Of a stretch of DNA of 64,000 bases, positions 21,744 to 31,145 are shown in pieces (position 1 is the stretch's first letter; each line of letters starts with the position of its first letter). This DNA comes from an uncultured bacterium (GTDB lineage Bacteria > Verrucomicrobiota > Verrucomicrobiia > Limisphaerales > UBA8199): contig CAVVMW010000023.1 in the NCBI GenBank assembly GCA_963749495.1, positions 640,001 to 704,000 on the forward strand, written 5' to 3'. Position numbers and translations under genes: made by a program. The notes beneath the pieces were generated by a model that saw only the letters and a program-made list of their open reading frames with translations, did no database searches and was not told the DNA's origin.

Positions 21744-23144
21744 CTACCGCGCCCCTGCCCCTCTGAGCACCACCGGCACGGTCCGCCACAGTATCTTCAG
21801 GTCCAGCCAAAAGGACCAATTGTCGATATACTCCAGGTCCAGGCGCACCCACTCCCGGAAGTCCTTCGTGTCGTTTCGGCCGCTGATCTGCCACAGGCAG
21901 GTCAACCCGGGCCTCACGCTGAGCCGCCTCCGGTGCGCCATGTCGTCGAACCGCTTGACCTCGTCCACCGGCAGCGGGCGGGGTCCGACCAGGCTCATCT
22001 CGCCGCGCAGCACATTGACCAACTGCGGCAGTTCATCGATGCTGAACTTGCGCAGGGACCTGCCCGCCGGGGTAATCCTGGGGTCATTGCTGACCTTGAA
22101 CACCGGCCCGCTCATCTCGTTCAAGGCGGCCAGTTCGTGTTTGAGCTGTTCGGCGTTGGTTACCATGGTGCGGAACTTGTACATGGTGAAGGGCCGGCCG
22201 TTGAGGCCGGAGCGCTGCTGCCGGAACAGGACGGGTCCGGGGGAGGTCAGCTTGATGAGCAGGCCGACCACGAAGAGCAGCGGCAGCAGCGCCACCAGGA
22301 GCAGCGCCGCCAGCACATAGTCCAGGATCCGTTTGGCCACCCCTTGCCAGGAGGTCTCCGGCGCGCTCCGAAACACCAGCATCGGACGCCCGTTGAAATC
22401 GTCCAGGCTGGTGCGTGAAATCTGCGTCTGGAAAAAGTCCGCCACCAGCCACACCTCCACCCCTTCCAGTTCGCACGCCCGGATGACCGCCTCCACGGGC
22501 TCGAAGTAGGCCCGCCGCGCGCTCACAATCACCCCGTTGACCGAATGCTCGTGCAGCATCTCCACCAGTTGCGCCACGGGCGTCTCCTCCAGCACCATGT
22601 CCCCCAGGATCTCAATCTCCTCACCCGCCTGCGCCAACTCCCTGCGCGCCCGCTTCAACTCCTCCCGCACCCCCACCAGGATAAACCGCCGCCGATACTG
22701 CGCCTGCCCCACCCCGCTCCGCAGCGCCAGCCGCACCATCTCCTCCTTGAACCAGACCAGCCCGAAACTCAGGAACCCGAACCAGATGACCACCGAGCGC
22801 GGCATCTCGTTTGCGCGGCGCAACGAGAACAAGCCGACCACCACGCCCAGCGACAACAGCACGCACCCTTTGAACAGAGGCCAAAACATCCGCCGCCGCG
22901 CGCTCAGCAGCGGGCGGTTGTAAAAACCCTGCATCTCCAGCACCACCGGCGCCACGGGAATCAACAGCACGTAGAGCAGCATGTAGTCCTGAAACGAGAG
23001 CGTGCCCACCAGCTTGATGTGGAACAGGTTGCTCAGGGCCGCCGTGGACCGCAACTTGAATGCCAGCCAGAAGCTCAGCGCGAACAGACACGCATCCACC
23101 AATTGGTGGATTTGCATCCGGATGAGTCTGTCGCGGCGGAACAT
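21744..23144 (-). CDS. Polyprenyl-phosphate glycosylphosphotransferase (WcaJ-like sugar transferase)
   Basis: N-terminal TMs; KRILD...GPVLFRQQRSG, KFRTM, DPRIT, SIDELPQL, GEMSLVGPRP, PGLTCLWQ. Confidence 0.93.
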   Translation of the reverse strand: MFRRDRLIRMQIHQLVDACLFALSFWLAFKLRSTAALSNLFHIKLVGTLSFQDYMLLYVLLIPVAPVVLEMQGFYNRPLLSARRRMFWPLFKGCVLLSLGVVVGLFSLRRANEMPRSVVIWFGFLSFGLVWFKEEMVRLALRSGVGQAQYRRRFILVGVREELKRARRELAQAGEEIEILGDMVLEETPVAQLVEMLHEHSVNGVIVSARRAYFEPVEAVIRACELEGVEVWLVADFFQTQISRTSLDDFNGRPMLVFRSAPETSWQGVAKRILDYVLAALLLVALLPLLFVVGLLIKLTSPGPVLFRQQRSGLNGRPFTMYKFRTMVTNAEQLKHELAALNEMSGPVFKVSNDPRITPAGRSLRKFSIDELPQLVNVLRGEMSLVGPRPLPVDEVKRFDDMAHRRRLSVRPGLTCLWQISGRNDTKDFREWVRLDLEYIDNWSFWLDLKILWRTVPVVLRGAGAR

Positions 23145-23202
23145 AATTCTCGGCAATCGCGCGTTTCAAACCGCATTCTGAACAACTTTGGGAACACTGC
23201 AA

Positions 23203-23267
23203 GGCTATTGTCTATTGGCTCTTGGCTATTGGCTTTTGGCTATTGGCTCTTGGCTCTTGGCTATTGG
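23203..23267. repeat. Degenerate heptamer tandem repeat (GGCTATT/GGCTCTT/GGCTTTT)
   Basis: About 9 units visible. Confidence 0.9.
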
Positions 23268-23422
23268 TCCCGCCCGCGCCCGCCCCCGGGCACAGCAGCG
23301 ACGGAGCGGGCAGGCGCGCTGGAGTGTTTGACCGCTGCCCTGGCTCCGGACGTCGCTGCGCCCGGGGACGGGCGCACGCCGGTCCGGCCCCCGGCGGTGG
23401 GGGCGGTGTCGGGATACGCCCA

Positions 23423-24154
23423 TCACCTTGCCCCGCCCGTGGCCGCCTGGGGCGTCAGTTGAAACTCCGGCACCGCGGCGGCGATGAACTGCTTCATTTT
23501 CCGAAAGGTGGCCTCTTCCTGGCCCGGCGCGCAGGGTGAGAAGCAAGCGATGTAGGCCCAGCGTTGGAGCACGCCCCTCCGCAACAGGTCCCGGGCCATC
23601 CACCACATGCGCTGCGAGTGGCTCGCCGTGTATTCGCCGTCGGCCACAAACCAATACACAAACAGCAGCCGCTCGGTGTTCTGAGCGTCGCCCGGTTCCG
23701 TCGTGCGCGTAGTGACCAGTTTCATCACCGGCAGTTCATAGGGCTGCGGGCGCTCGATGCGCACCTTCTCGAGGCGGGAACCGGCCTCCTCAATCCTCAG
23801 GCCCGACCCGCCCAGGCAGATCTCCGGCTTGTGCAGGCTGGTCCGGTCTGCGCCCATCAGCACCACGGTGACCTGGATGCAGGAGTTGTCCGGCGCGGTG
23901 TAGCGCCGCTGGCCGAAGCTGGTGTCCTGCGGCAGGTGGTCCAGCACGATTTTGCTGACCTCCAGCGGTTTGGAGGTGTAGTCCAGGACCCGCTCCGGCA
24001 ACTCCACCTCCAGCCGCGTGCTGTTGGGCAGCGGGTGAGTCTTGACGCCGGGCCGGCCAAGCCTTTGATGGGCCTTGAAGTGGGCCAGCAAGGTCATCGT
24101 GCCAGCCATCATGGCCAGCGCCAGCGCCAGGAGAATCCATTTCTGCCGGTTCAT
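23423..24154 (-). CDS. epsI: Exosortase-associated EpsI family protein
   Basis: N-terminal TM, SLHKPEICLGGSG, YWF motif; lies immediately downstream of the exosortase. Confidence 0.82.
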   Translation of the reverse strand: MNRQKWILLALALAMMAGTMTLLAHFKAHQRLGRPGVKTHPLPNSTRLEVELPERVLDYTSKPLEVSKIVLDHLPQDTSFGQRRYTAPDNSCIQVTVVLMGADRTSLHKPEICLGGSGLRIEEAGSRLEKVRIERPQPYELPVMKLVTTRTTEPGDAQNTERLLFVYWFVADGEYTASHSQRMWWMARDLLRRGVLQRWAYIACFSPCAPGQEEATFRKMKQFIAAAVPEFQLTPQAATGGAR

Positions 24155-24195
24155 ATCGGGAGCGATGTTGAATGTCATCCTAGCCTCAGCCTGCC

Positions 24196-24223
24196 GGGTT
24201 CAGGGTTCAGGGTTCAGGGTTCA
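24196..24223. repeat. Heptamer tandem repeat (GGGTTCA)x4 overlapping the exosortase stop
   Basis: Directly visible. Confidence 0.9.
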
Positions 24224-25259
24224 CGCTCGCCTTGGGCTCGGCCTGCGGGGAGGGGGCGGTCTTGGGCTTGGCCTCGCGCAGCCAATGGCCGAGGAGGATT
24301 AGGCCCAGGAACGCCGGCACGTACGGCAGCAGGCTCAAGACGCCGCCCGGACCGCCATCGTGTACCGCGTTGCCCGCAGCCTGCCCGCCCATCTCCGCCG
24401 CTACCACAATCGTCAGCATCCGCACCAGGTTGCCCAGGACCGCCAGCGGAAAGGCCGACGCCACCAGCAGGCCCCGCTTCCACCAACTCCGGAACGCGAC
24501 AAACGCATAAACGATGGCCAGGCCCAACGTCGCCATCAGGCTCCGCAATCCGCTGCACGCCGCCGCCACCTCGTAGTGGTAATGGCCGATCGGGTTCATC
24601 AGCGCCGTCCCCTGCCGCTGCACGCCGATGCCCAGGAGGTGGTTGGCCACAAACTCGACCAAGCGGCTCACCAGCAGCCGCAACTCGAAGCTGATTCGCT
24701 CCGCCTGCCCTCCCAGCGGGATGCAGAAGACCAGCAGGAAAAAGGGAAAGAAGCTCGCCCGCAGCCACGCCGGCCCCCAGGCCAGCCCCATCAACCCGAA
24801 AAACCCCGTCAGCAGCCCCAGAATCGACACCTTGGGCTGCTGGACCAGGAACGCGCCCAGGTGTATCACCAGCCCCAGACCCACCAGCCCCAGACCCGGC
24901 CACCACAGGCCCAGCGGTTGGGCCATCAACTCTTTCCGTTTCCACCAGCAGAGCCCCACCACGACCAGCGGTATCAGCAGGCAAAACCCCTGCTCGCTCT
25001 CGGCCATCCAATGCCAGAATGCGCCCAGGTCCAGGGCGCGCAGCGACGGCACCAACTGCGGATGGTATGCGCCCAGCAGGAAGGCATACAGCGAGGCCGA
25101 GTGTACGTAGCCCAGGGTCGGGTTGCCCAGAAAATGAAACAAGGCCAACCAGGCCGCCAGCAGCACAAAGAAAAAACCTTTGTTGGGCAGCCGCCGCCAG
25201 CATTCCTGAAAATCCATCCGGAATTCCTCCAGAATGCCCTTGCTTGGCTCTCGTTCCAT
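24207..25259 (-). CDS. Exosortase (EpsH family transpeptidase)
   Basis: Multi-TM protein with VAAACSGLRSL (Cys), GNLVR (Arg) and VHD (His). Confidence 0.92.
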   Translation of the reverse strand: MEREPSKGILEEFRMDFQECWRRLPNKGFFFVLLAAWLALFHFLGNPTLGYVHSASLYAFLLGAYHPQLVPSLRALDLGAFWHWMAESEQGFCLLIPLVVVGLCWWKRKELMAQPLGLWWPGLGLVGLGLVIHLGAFLVQQPKVSILGLLTGFFGLMGLAWGPAWLRASFFPFFLLVFCIPLGGQAERISFELRLLVSRLVEFVANHLLGIGVQRQGTALMNPIGHYHYEVAAACSGLRSLMATLGLAIVYAFVAFRSWWKRGLLVASAFPLAVLGNLVRMLTIVVAAEMGGQAAGNAVHDGGPGGVLSLLPYVPAFLGLILLGHWLREAKPKTAPSPQAEPKASVNPEP

Positions 25260-25309
25260 AGTCGCGTAGAGTTTAGATACCAAGCCCGCCCATCCTGCTC
25301 AATCTCAAT

Positions 25310-25752
25310 TCACCGGTCATCGGTCTCGTGCATCGCGTCTTTGAGCCGCATGACGTACCACTCCTGCGGTCCCTCCGCCAGCCAGTGCAATACGCGGGGT
25401 ATCCGATACGTGAAGGCGGTATGGGTCGACGGCGAGTATAGCGACCCCCGAGCAGCACGAGCGCGGCGAGACCAGCAAAACAAAAGGGCAAAGGCCGCCG
25501 GAACCGCCGCCGCAACCGCCGCCAGCCAGTGCCGATTGCCGCTCGGCAAGTCACCGGCCTGCACCCCGGGCGTGCATCCCCTCTTGGCGCGCTTCCGCGC
25601 CCCCACCACCCTGAGAACGTGCCGGTGAATCCGAGAACGGCAGCAACGATTACAACGGCGTAACCGGAGCGATTCAACTGTCCCGCGGCGGACAAACCCC
25701 ACCCCGCAAGACTCGCGAGCACTGAAACCCACAGCCAGATTCTAACTGCCAT
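25310..25752 (-). pseudogene. Internally deleted, frameshifted copy of the 31146-33248 membrane protein
   Basis: The N-terminus is near-identical to 31146; ...YRIPRVLHWLAEG is joined directly to the C-terminal PQEWYVMRLKD. Confidence 0.88.
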
Positions 25753-25872
25753 AATGCGCCACCGTGGGCAGATCGGCGAAAACCGTCAATGGTTTCGGAC
25801 CTTTTTGTTTTTCAGCGGCGTTCTCAATTCGACTTGATCCCCTGAGGCGGACCGTGGAACCTGCTGCGCGAT

Positions 25873-26640
25873 ATGGCGGCCAGGATCGGCTTCGTATTTC
25901 CAAAAGACTTCGGCCCGGCAAATGAACGCGTCGAGGCGCTGCTGGCGGGCTGCGCCCATTACGGGAGGTTCGACCGGCCCATCTTCGTTGCCGGGTACAA
26001 CGAGCTATGCCGGGTGGACCTCAATGGGAGAAAGGTCCTCGAGCTCTGCTGCGGGGTGGGTGAACTGGCATGCGGGCTGGGACGGGCTTTCCCCAAAGCG
26101 GAAGTGACTGGCCTGGACCGCTATCCCGACGCTGGGCGCGCCATCCGGGAAACAACTGGCGCCGGAGGGCCAGGCAATGTGCGTTACGTTTGTAGCGACG
26201 CATTGTACCTCAAGGAGTTTGCCGACGCCACGTTGGATCTGGTGTACGGCCAGGCAACCCTTCACCATCTGGCACATGAAACCGAGGCGGCCGGGCAGGA
26301 ATTTGCGCGCGTGCTAAAGCCGGGGGGCCGCCTCGTGTTTATCTATGAGCCTTTCGGCCACAATCCAATCTGGGCCATGATTCGCGCCTATCGCACCGCC
26401 AAGGCCCGATTGGTCGATGAAAGCAACGTCGTGGTGGAACAACTGGAGCAGGTCGCCCGCTCTTTTGGCCTCTGCGAAATCCAGCCGTTTAATTTCCTGG
26501 GCTACCCGTTCAAATACCTGGCACGCCTCGCCGGCCAGTCCGTCATTGATTTCATATACCGGTTGGACGAAGGCCTGATGCAGCGCTCCTCAAGTTGCGC
26601 TCTGCGTGCGGCCAATTTCAATGTGGTCTTTACAAAGTGA
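25873..26640 (+). CDS. Class I SAM-dependent methyltransferase
   Basis: VLELCCGVG motif I; TLHHL; RVLKPGGRL. Confidence 0.88.
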   Translation: MAARIGFVFPKDFGPANERVEALLAGCAHYGRFDRPIFVAGYNELCRVDLNGRKVLELCCGVGELACGLGRAFPKAEVTGLDRYPDAGRAIRETTGAGGPGNVRYVCSDALYLKEFADATLDLVYGQATLHHLAHETEAAGQEFARVLKPGGRLVFIYEPFGHNPIWAMIRAYRTAKARLVDESNVVVEQLEQVARSFGLCEIQPFNFLGYPFKYLARLAGQSVIDFIYRLDEGLMQRSSSCALRAANFNVVFTK

Positions 26641-26654
26641 TGGGAGCGAGGAAC

Positions 26655-26738
26655 GATGGTCACCCCCTTCAACACGATGGCGCGAGCCCCAATGAAAACC
26701 CCACGACCGATCTTGACGGGCCGGGCCTTGGTCTGGCC
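26655..26738 (-). pseudogene. Remnant of a hexapeptide-repeat (LbH) acyltransferase
   Basis: The minus strand reads QTKARPVKIGRGVFIGARAIVLKGVTI with no intact ORF around it. Confidence 0.6.
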
Positions 26739-26761
26739 CGGGAACGGGAATTGTCATTGTC

Positions 26762-26789
26762 TTGACGGTCAACACTGGGCTGCTATCGT
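26762..26789 (+). promoter_or_regulatory. Sigma70-like promoter TTGACG-N16-TATCGT, 7 nt before GTG 26797
   Basis: Consensus match with an extended TG; the geometry implies a leaderless transcript. Confidence 0.5.
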
Positions 26790-26796
26790 TGCCACC

Positions 26797-28452
26797 GTGA
26801 AGGAAAATCGCCTTTCCCCTCTTTGTTTTCCATTTGTGCTGGCCTTTTGTCTCTCGCGGCCGCTCTGGGCGCAGACCTACAGCGACCTCTACAGCGCTTA
26901 CGCGGCCATTGGTTTTGACCCCTCCGCGCAAGGAAACGCAGCGGTCGTCTTCTTCAGCGATGCGCACATGAATCTGAGTCTGACCGCGGGAATCGGCCCC
27001 TACGCCACGACCAATCTGGATCCCCGGCTGGCCAATATTGTCAACGCCATGAATCCGCCACCAACGAAGATCCTCATCGCTGGGGATGTCAGCACCAGCT
27101 TGTCTGAAGTGCCGGGTGAGAACGGATTCGATACGCCGTATCTTTTCTCCTGGGCTACCAATGAGATGAACTTCTTCCTCTCGAGCCTTCAAGCCTTCAG
27201 GAACGTCGCCCTGACAAACATTCTCTGGGTTCCGGGCAATCACGACCAGGGTCCCTACGAGACCAACGCCGCACTCTTTTGCTCCATGTTCCCGTGGATG
27301 CCGCCCTGCCAAAGCTTCGATCTGGCCGGTGTCCGGTTTTTTGTGCTCAACTCGGGCAACTACGGCGAGCCGAGCGATTCCGAGAGAGCCTGGCTGGGGC
27401 AACAGTTGGCTGCGACCTCGCCGACCCAGACAGTGGCAGTGCTCGAGCATCTTCCCCCTTTCGCCCGTGCGCTGTTGTATCGTGGCATGGCCACGATGTT
27501 GCGGCAATTGTTCAGCCAGTGGCCGTCGCGTTGGTGGTTGCTGGAAGGACACATGCATGCCGAGTCGGAAGCCGTCTACAACATCGGGCTCAGCAACGTC
27601 GGATCGCTCCTCACCCGCACTGTCAACGCCAACCAGTTCTGCGGACTGCTTCACACCGCCGGCTTCGAAGTCCTCTGCCTGAGCAATGGGATCGTTGGCT
27701 CCATCGCTTACCACTTCGACACCGCAAACTTTGACATCGCCTATGGCAATGGACAATTCCCTCGAGCCCTATCAAGCTGGGAATCCCCCCAGCGGTTTGT
27801 CCCGCCGTTTAGTGACGTCAAGGGCCTTCTCTGGAGCCGCCTCAAGACTTCCAGCCCAGCCCCGGAGTTGCTTCTCGTCACCAACTCAGCCTGGCAGGCC
27901 TCCCGCACTATCGGCAATCCTCTGGGCGAAATCTACAATGTCGAGGGCACGCTGCTCACAAAACGCACTGCGTCCGGTGACCTCCTCTGGGGCCAGGACC
28001 TCGGTGCCGGAATCGCGTGGACCGTGGGGAGAGGTCAGTATGGCGGCTCGCACCTGGTTAAGGAAGTGACAGGCCCGGGGGCTTCCCTCTCGCGCTACGA
28101 TTACGATGGTAATCTGGTATGGACCTACGGCCTGGGCACGGACTTTACGGTGCTGACTCCACGCCAACAGCTCACCCCCGCCCCTTATGCCATCCTGGCC
28201 GGTGACGCAGCCGCTTCGAATGTCGCCCGGCTCAACCTGCCGGGCACGAGCTTTTTCAGCGGGATCAACACGTTCGGCAATCCGGCCAGCACGTTCGCGG
28301 GGAATTTCATGGGCAATGGGGCGGGGTTGACGAATGTGCCGTTACCGATCCTGAGCACGCTTGTGTTGCCGCCGCAAACGAACTATTGGGGCGATCTTCC
28401 GACCAACGGGCTCGTTTGGTCCGAAGGAGGCCTGACCCCAATGGGGCGATAG
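26797..28452 (+). CDS. Secreted metallophosphoesterase-domain protein with a mosaic C-terminus (probably continuing by frameshift to ~28742)
   Basis: Signal peptide ends LWAQ; calcineurin-like motifs SDAH, AGD, GNHD, EH, GHMH. Confidence 0.72.
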   Translation: MKENRLSPLCFPFVLAFCLSRPLWAQTYSDLYSAYAAIGFDPSAQGNAAVVFFSDAHMNLSLTAGIGPYATTNLDPRLANIVNAMNPPPTKILIAGDVSTSLSEVPGENGFDTPYLFSWATNEMNFFLSSLQAFRNVALTNILWVPGNHDQGPYETNAALFCSMFPWMPPCQSFDLAGVRFFVLNSGNYGEPSDSERAWLGQQLAATSPTQTVAVLEHLPPFARALLYRGMATMLRQLFSQWPSRWWLLEGHMHAESEAVYNIGLSNVGSLLTRTVNANQFCGLLHTAGFEVLCLSNGIVGSIAYHFDTANFDIAYGNGQFPRALSSWESPQRFVPPFSDVKGLLWSRLKTSSPAPELLLVTNSAWQASRTIGNPLGEIYNVEGTLLTKRTASGDLLWGQDLGAGIAWTVGRGQYGGSHLVKEVTGPGASLSRYDYDGNLVWTYGLGTDFTVLTPRQQLTPAPYAILAGDAAASNVARLNLPGTSFFSGINTFGNPASTFAGNFMGNGAGLTNVPLPILSTLVLPPQTNYWGDLPTNGLVWSEGGLTPMGR

Positions 28453-28818
28453 GACACGTTGTGGTCTATCGCAATTGGGGCTCCCAAGGCCCGAACCCTC
28501 CCATAGGAGAGGAGACCTTGATCCTCGGCTGCCGCAATATACGAACCGAGCCGGGATGGTATACGGGCACGGGATATGCCTACATGTCGATCGGCAACGA
28601 AGGCATTTGTGGCGATGTGTTTATCAATTACACGCAGACGTTCCCGCGCCAGGTGGCCGCCAATACAACCGGCGTCAGCATTCCTCTGACATGCGCACCT
28701 GGCCTGGTACCCAGGCTGATAGGGCTTGCCAGTGGGGTGTGACGAGGGTGCTGAATCTGGCTCAGCACGGGAACGACTTGCTGGTGTCGGCCATTCCGTT
28801 CGAGCATCGAGGCGAGCG

Positions 28819-30096
28819 TTACTCGATCTTGTCGGTGGAAGCGCGCCTTTGAACCTGGAAAGGGCGTTGAACAGGAGCAGAGCGCTGGGGGCGGAACTTG
28901 AGCAGCATTCGGCGGAGGATGCGGACGGGAGGCAGGAATCGCCACGGCTGAGAAGCCTGGAGCATCGGTTTGACTTTGCAGCGGTTCGGCCAATTGGGGC
29001 TTCTGCTCGGCGCGGCGGAGATGGCGTCGAGCCAGCGCTCGGTCATGGCCGGCAGTGAGAACTGGATGCGCACCCTTTCCCTGGCATTGTGGCGCAGATG
29101 TTGCAGCTGATCGCGGTGCTGGTGGAGCCAGACGATGGCTTCGGAGTAGCCCTCGAGGCGTTTGGGATCCACGCGTTTGCCCGTCGTTTCATTGACCACC
29201 TCCCGGATGCCGCTGGGCAGGTTGCTGACCACCGGGACCAGCCTGGCGGCCATGGCCTCGAGGAGACTGAGCGGCAGGCCCTCGTAATCCGATGCCAGCA
29301 AGAAGACGTCCTGTTGAGACAGCAGCCGGGGCACGTCGCCATAGAGTACCTTTCCCGGAAACGAAACGGTCTGCGTGGGGGGTGTGCTTCGCATCGCCTC
29401 TTGCAGAAAATGACCTTCGACCCCTTCCCCCGCAACGGTCCAGTGAAAAGGGATTCCCGAGGCCATGAGCTTTTCGAGGATATGGGGAAACAGGCGCACG
29501 CGTTTTTGTTCCTGTTGCAAGCGGCCGAGGTAAAGGATCCTGAGCGGCGCGTCCGGCTGGGAGGGGTAAGCTGGCGAGGACTCGGGAATCGGTATGCCGT
29601 AAGGGAGATAGTGGATTGGGACGCCCGCAAACTCCGGGATGGACGCGATGGTTTGCTGGATGGTTCGAGACACCGCCCCCATGGCGTTGACGTGTGAGGC
29701 GTAGGCGCTGATGGTTCTGTAGACGCCGGGATCATGAGATTGGGCCATGCCGATCCGAACCACACCGGGGGGGACGTAGCGCAACACCTCAAACGCTGCG
29801 GCGGAGAGGCTAGCGACCACCACGGTCGGCTCGAACCGGGCCAGTTCGTCCAGGATGCGCAGCAGCCGGTCCTCGTAAATCTGACGCCGGTGATCGGTTG
29901 TGAAGACGGGGATTTTCAGCCGGTCGAAGTCGGCCGCCAGGGGATTATCCTGCTCGAAACCGAAAACCCCGGCCGCAATTCCCCGCCGGATCAATTCCCC
30001 GGCCAGGTTGCAGAGGAAGGTTGTCGTGCCCCCCAGATCCAGGACGCCGGTAACCAGCGCCAGACGAGTTTGGGGCTTGAGGCGGTCTTCGGTCAT
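28819..30096 (-). CDS. Glycosyltransferase family 4
   Basis: LYLGRL...KR and SDYEGLPLSLLEAMAARLVPV. Confidence 0.92.
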   Translation of the reverse strand: MTEDRLKPQTRLALVTGVLDLGGTTTFLCNLAGELIRRGIAAGVFGFEQDNPLAADFDRLKIPVFTTDHRRQIYEDRLLRILDELARFEPTVVVASLSAAAFEVLRYVPPGVVRIGMAQSHDPGVYRTISAYASHVNAMGAVSRTIQQTIASIPEFAGVPIHYLPYGIPIPESSPAYPSQPDAPLRILYLGRLQQEQKRVRLFPHILEKLMASGIPFHWTVAGEGVEGHFLQEAMRSTPPTQTVSFPGKVLYGDVPRLLSQQDVFLLASDYEGLPLSLLEAMAARLVPVVSNLPSGIREVVNETTGKRVDPKRLEGYSEAIVWLHQHRDQLQHLRHNARERVRIQFSLPAMTERWLDAISAAPSRSPNWPNRCKVKPMLQASQPWRFLPPVRILRRMLLKFRPQRSAPVQRPFQVQRRASTDKIE

Positions 30097-30284
30097 GGCG
30101 CTTAGCTAGTCGAAAGCCGGGTCGAAGGCAAGCGCAGACTCCGGTTTTCTGTTTGCGTTGACCCGTTGCTTTGCTAGGTCGCGCACGATGGCGAGCGCAA
30201 GCGGACGGCAGGACCCTGTGGTTGAGCGAGAGGCGCCCGGCCCGTCGGTCTTGGTAGACGCCTGCCCGGGGGGATTGTCCTAGG

Positions 30285-30425
30285 ATGTCAAATCCTACTT
30301 CGAAAGCACCCGGAGTCCTCGTGCTGTGGATAGGATTCTGTGCTTTCTGTAACTGCGTCGGTTGGGGTTTGTCCGCTTTGCATTGTCTGGATAGGGCGGG
30401 TCACGCCGCGGCATTCGTGGCGGGC
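30285..30425 (+). pseudogene. N-terminal stub of a third, diverged paralog of the 31146 membrane protein
   Basis: LWIGFCAFCNCVGWGLSALHCLDRAGHAAAF resembles LWVSVLASLAGWGLSAAGQLNRSGYAVV; it is fused to transposase sequence. Confidence 0.55.
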
Positions 30426-30427
30426 AT

Positions 30428-30938
30428 CCACCGGGGTCAGACTGCCGGCCAGCGCGCGGTCATTAGCCAGCGCGGTTATGCCGCCACCCGCCTGGGGGTC
30501 GAGGCTCTGAGCGCCCAACTCCATCGCGAGGCCCTGGCCCGCGGCTTGGGCCAAGCCCAACTGGTCCTCATCATCGCCGATGGCGCCATCTGGATTTGGA
30601 ACCTGGCCAAAGACCGCTTCCCGGATGCCCGCCAGCAGTTGGATCTGTTCCACGCCGAGGAGCACCTCTGGGCCGTGGCTCACGACCTCTATGGCCGGGG
30701 CACTCCCGAAGCCCAGGCCTTGGTCGCCCCGCTGCTGCAACAAGTCCGCGACGATCAAACCGTGGCCGTCATTGCCAGCCTCACCGAACTCAAACCCCGC
30801 CTGCTCGAAGCTCAACAAAAGAAAATCCAGACCCAAATCGAATACTTTGAGCACAATGCCCCGCGGATGAAATACAAGGAAATACTCCAAGCCAGGCGGC
30901 GGCTGCCGCCGCCTCCCCTGATGAATGCGACGCGCCCC
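30428..30938 (+). mobile_element. ISKra4/UPF0236-like transposase fragment
   Basis: IADGAIWIWNL and LDLFHAEEHLW motifs, YFEHNAPRMKY. Truncated; possible end TGCGACGCGCCCC. Confidence 0.78.
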
Positions 30939-31111
30939 CTTCCTATTCCCCGCCTGCAAACCCTAATGATGGCCCGGCCGAAACCCAGGGCGGCGGCGCC
31001 CTTCGCAGCAACCTGAACGGTTAGGGCCGCTGAAAAACAAAAACGTCCGAGCCGAAGCAGGCCATACGGGATGGACCGCATTGGCCCAGCCTGCCGACAG
31101 CCCAATCACCA

Positions 31112-31140
31112 TTGACGGCTTTCGCCGGGCTGCCTACGGT
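31112..31140 (+). promoter_or_regulatory. Sigma70-like promoter TTGACG-N17-TACGGT, 5 nt before ATG 31146
   Basis: Partly conserved in the inverted copy near 25760-25790. Confidence 0.45.
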
Positions 31141-31145
31141 GGGGC

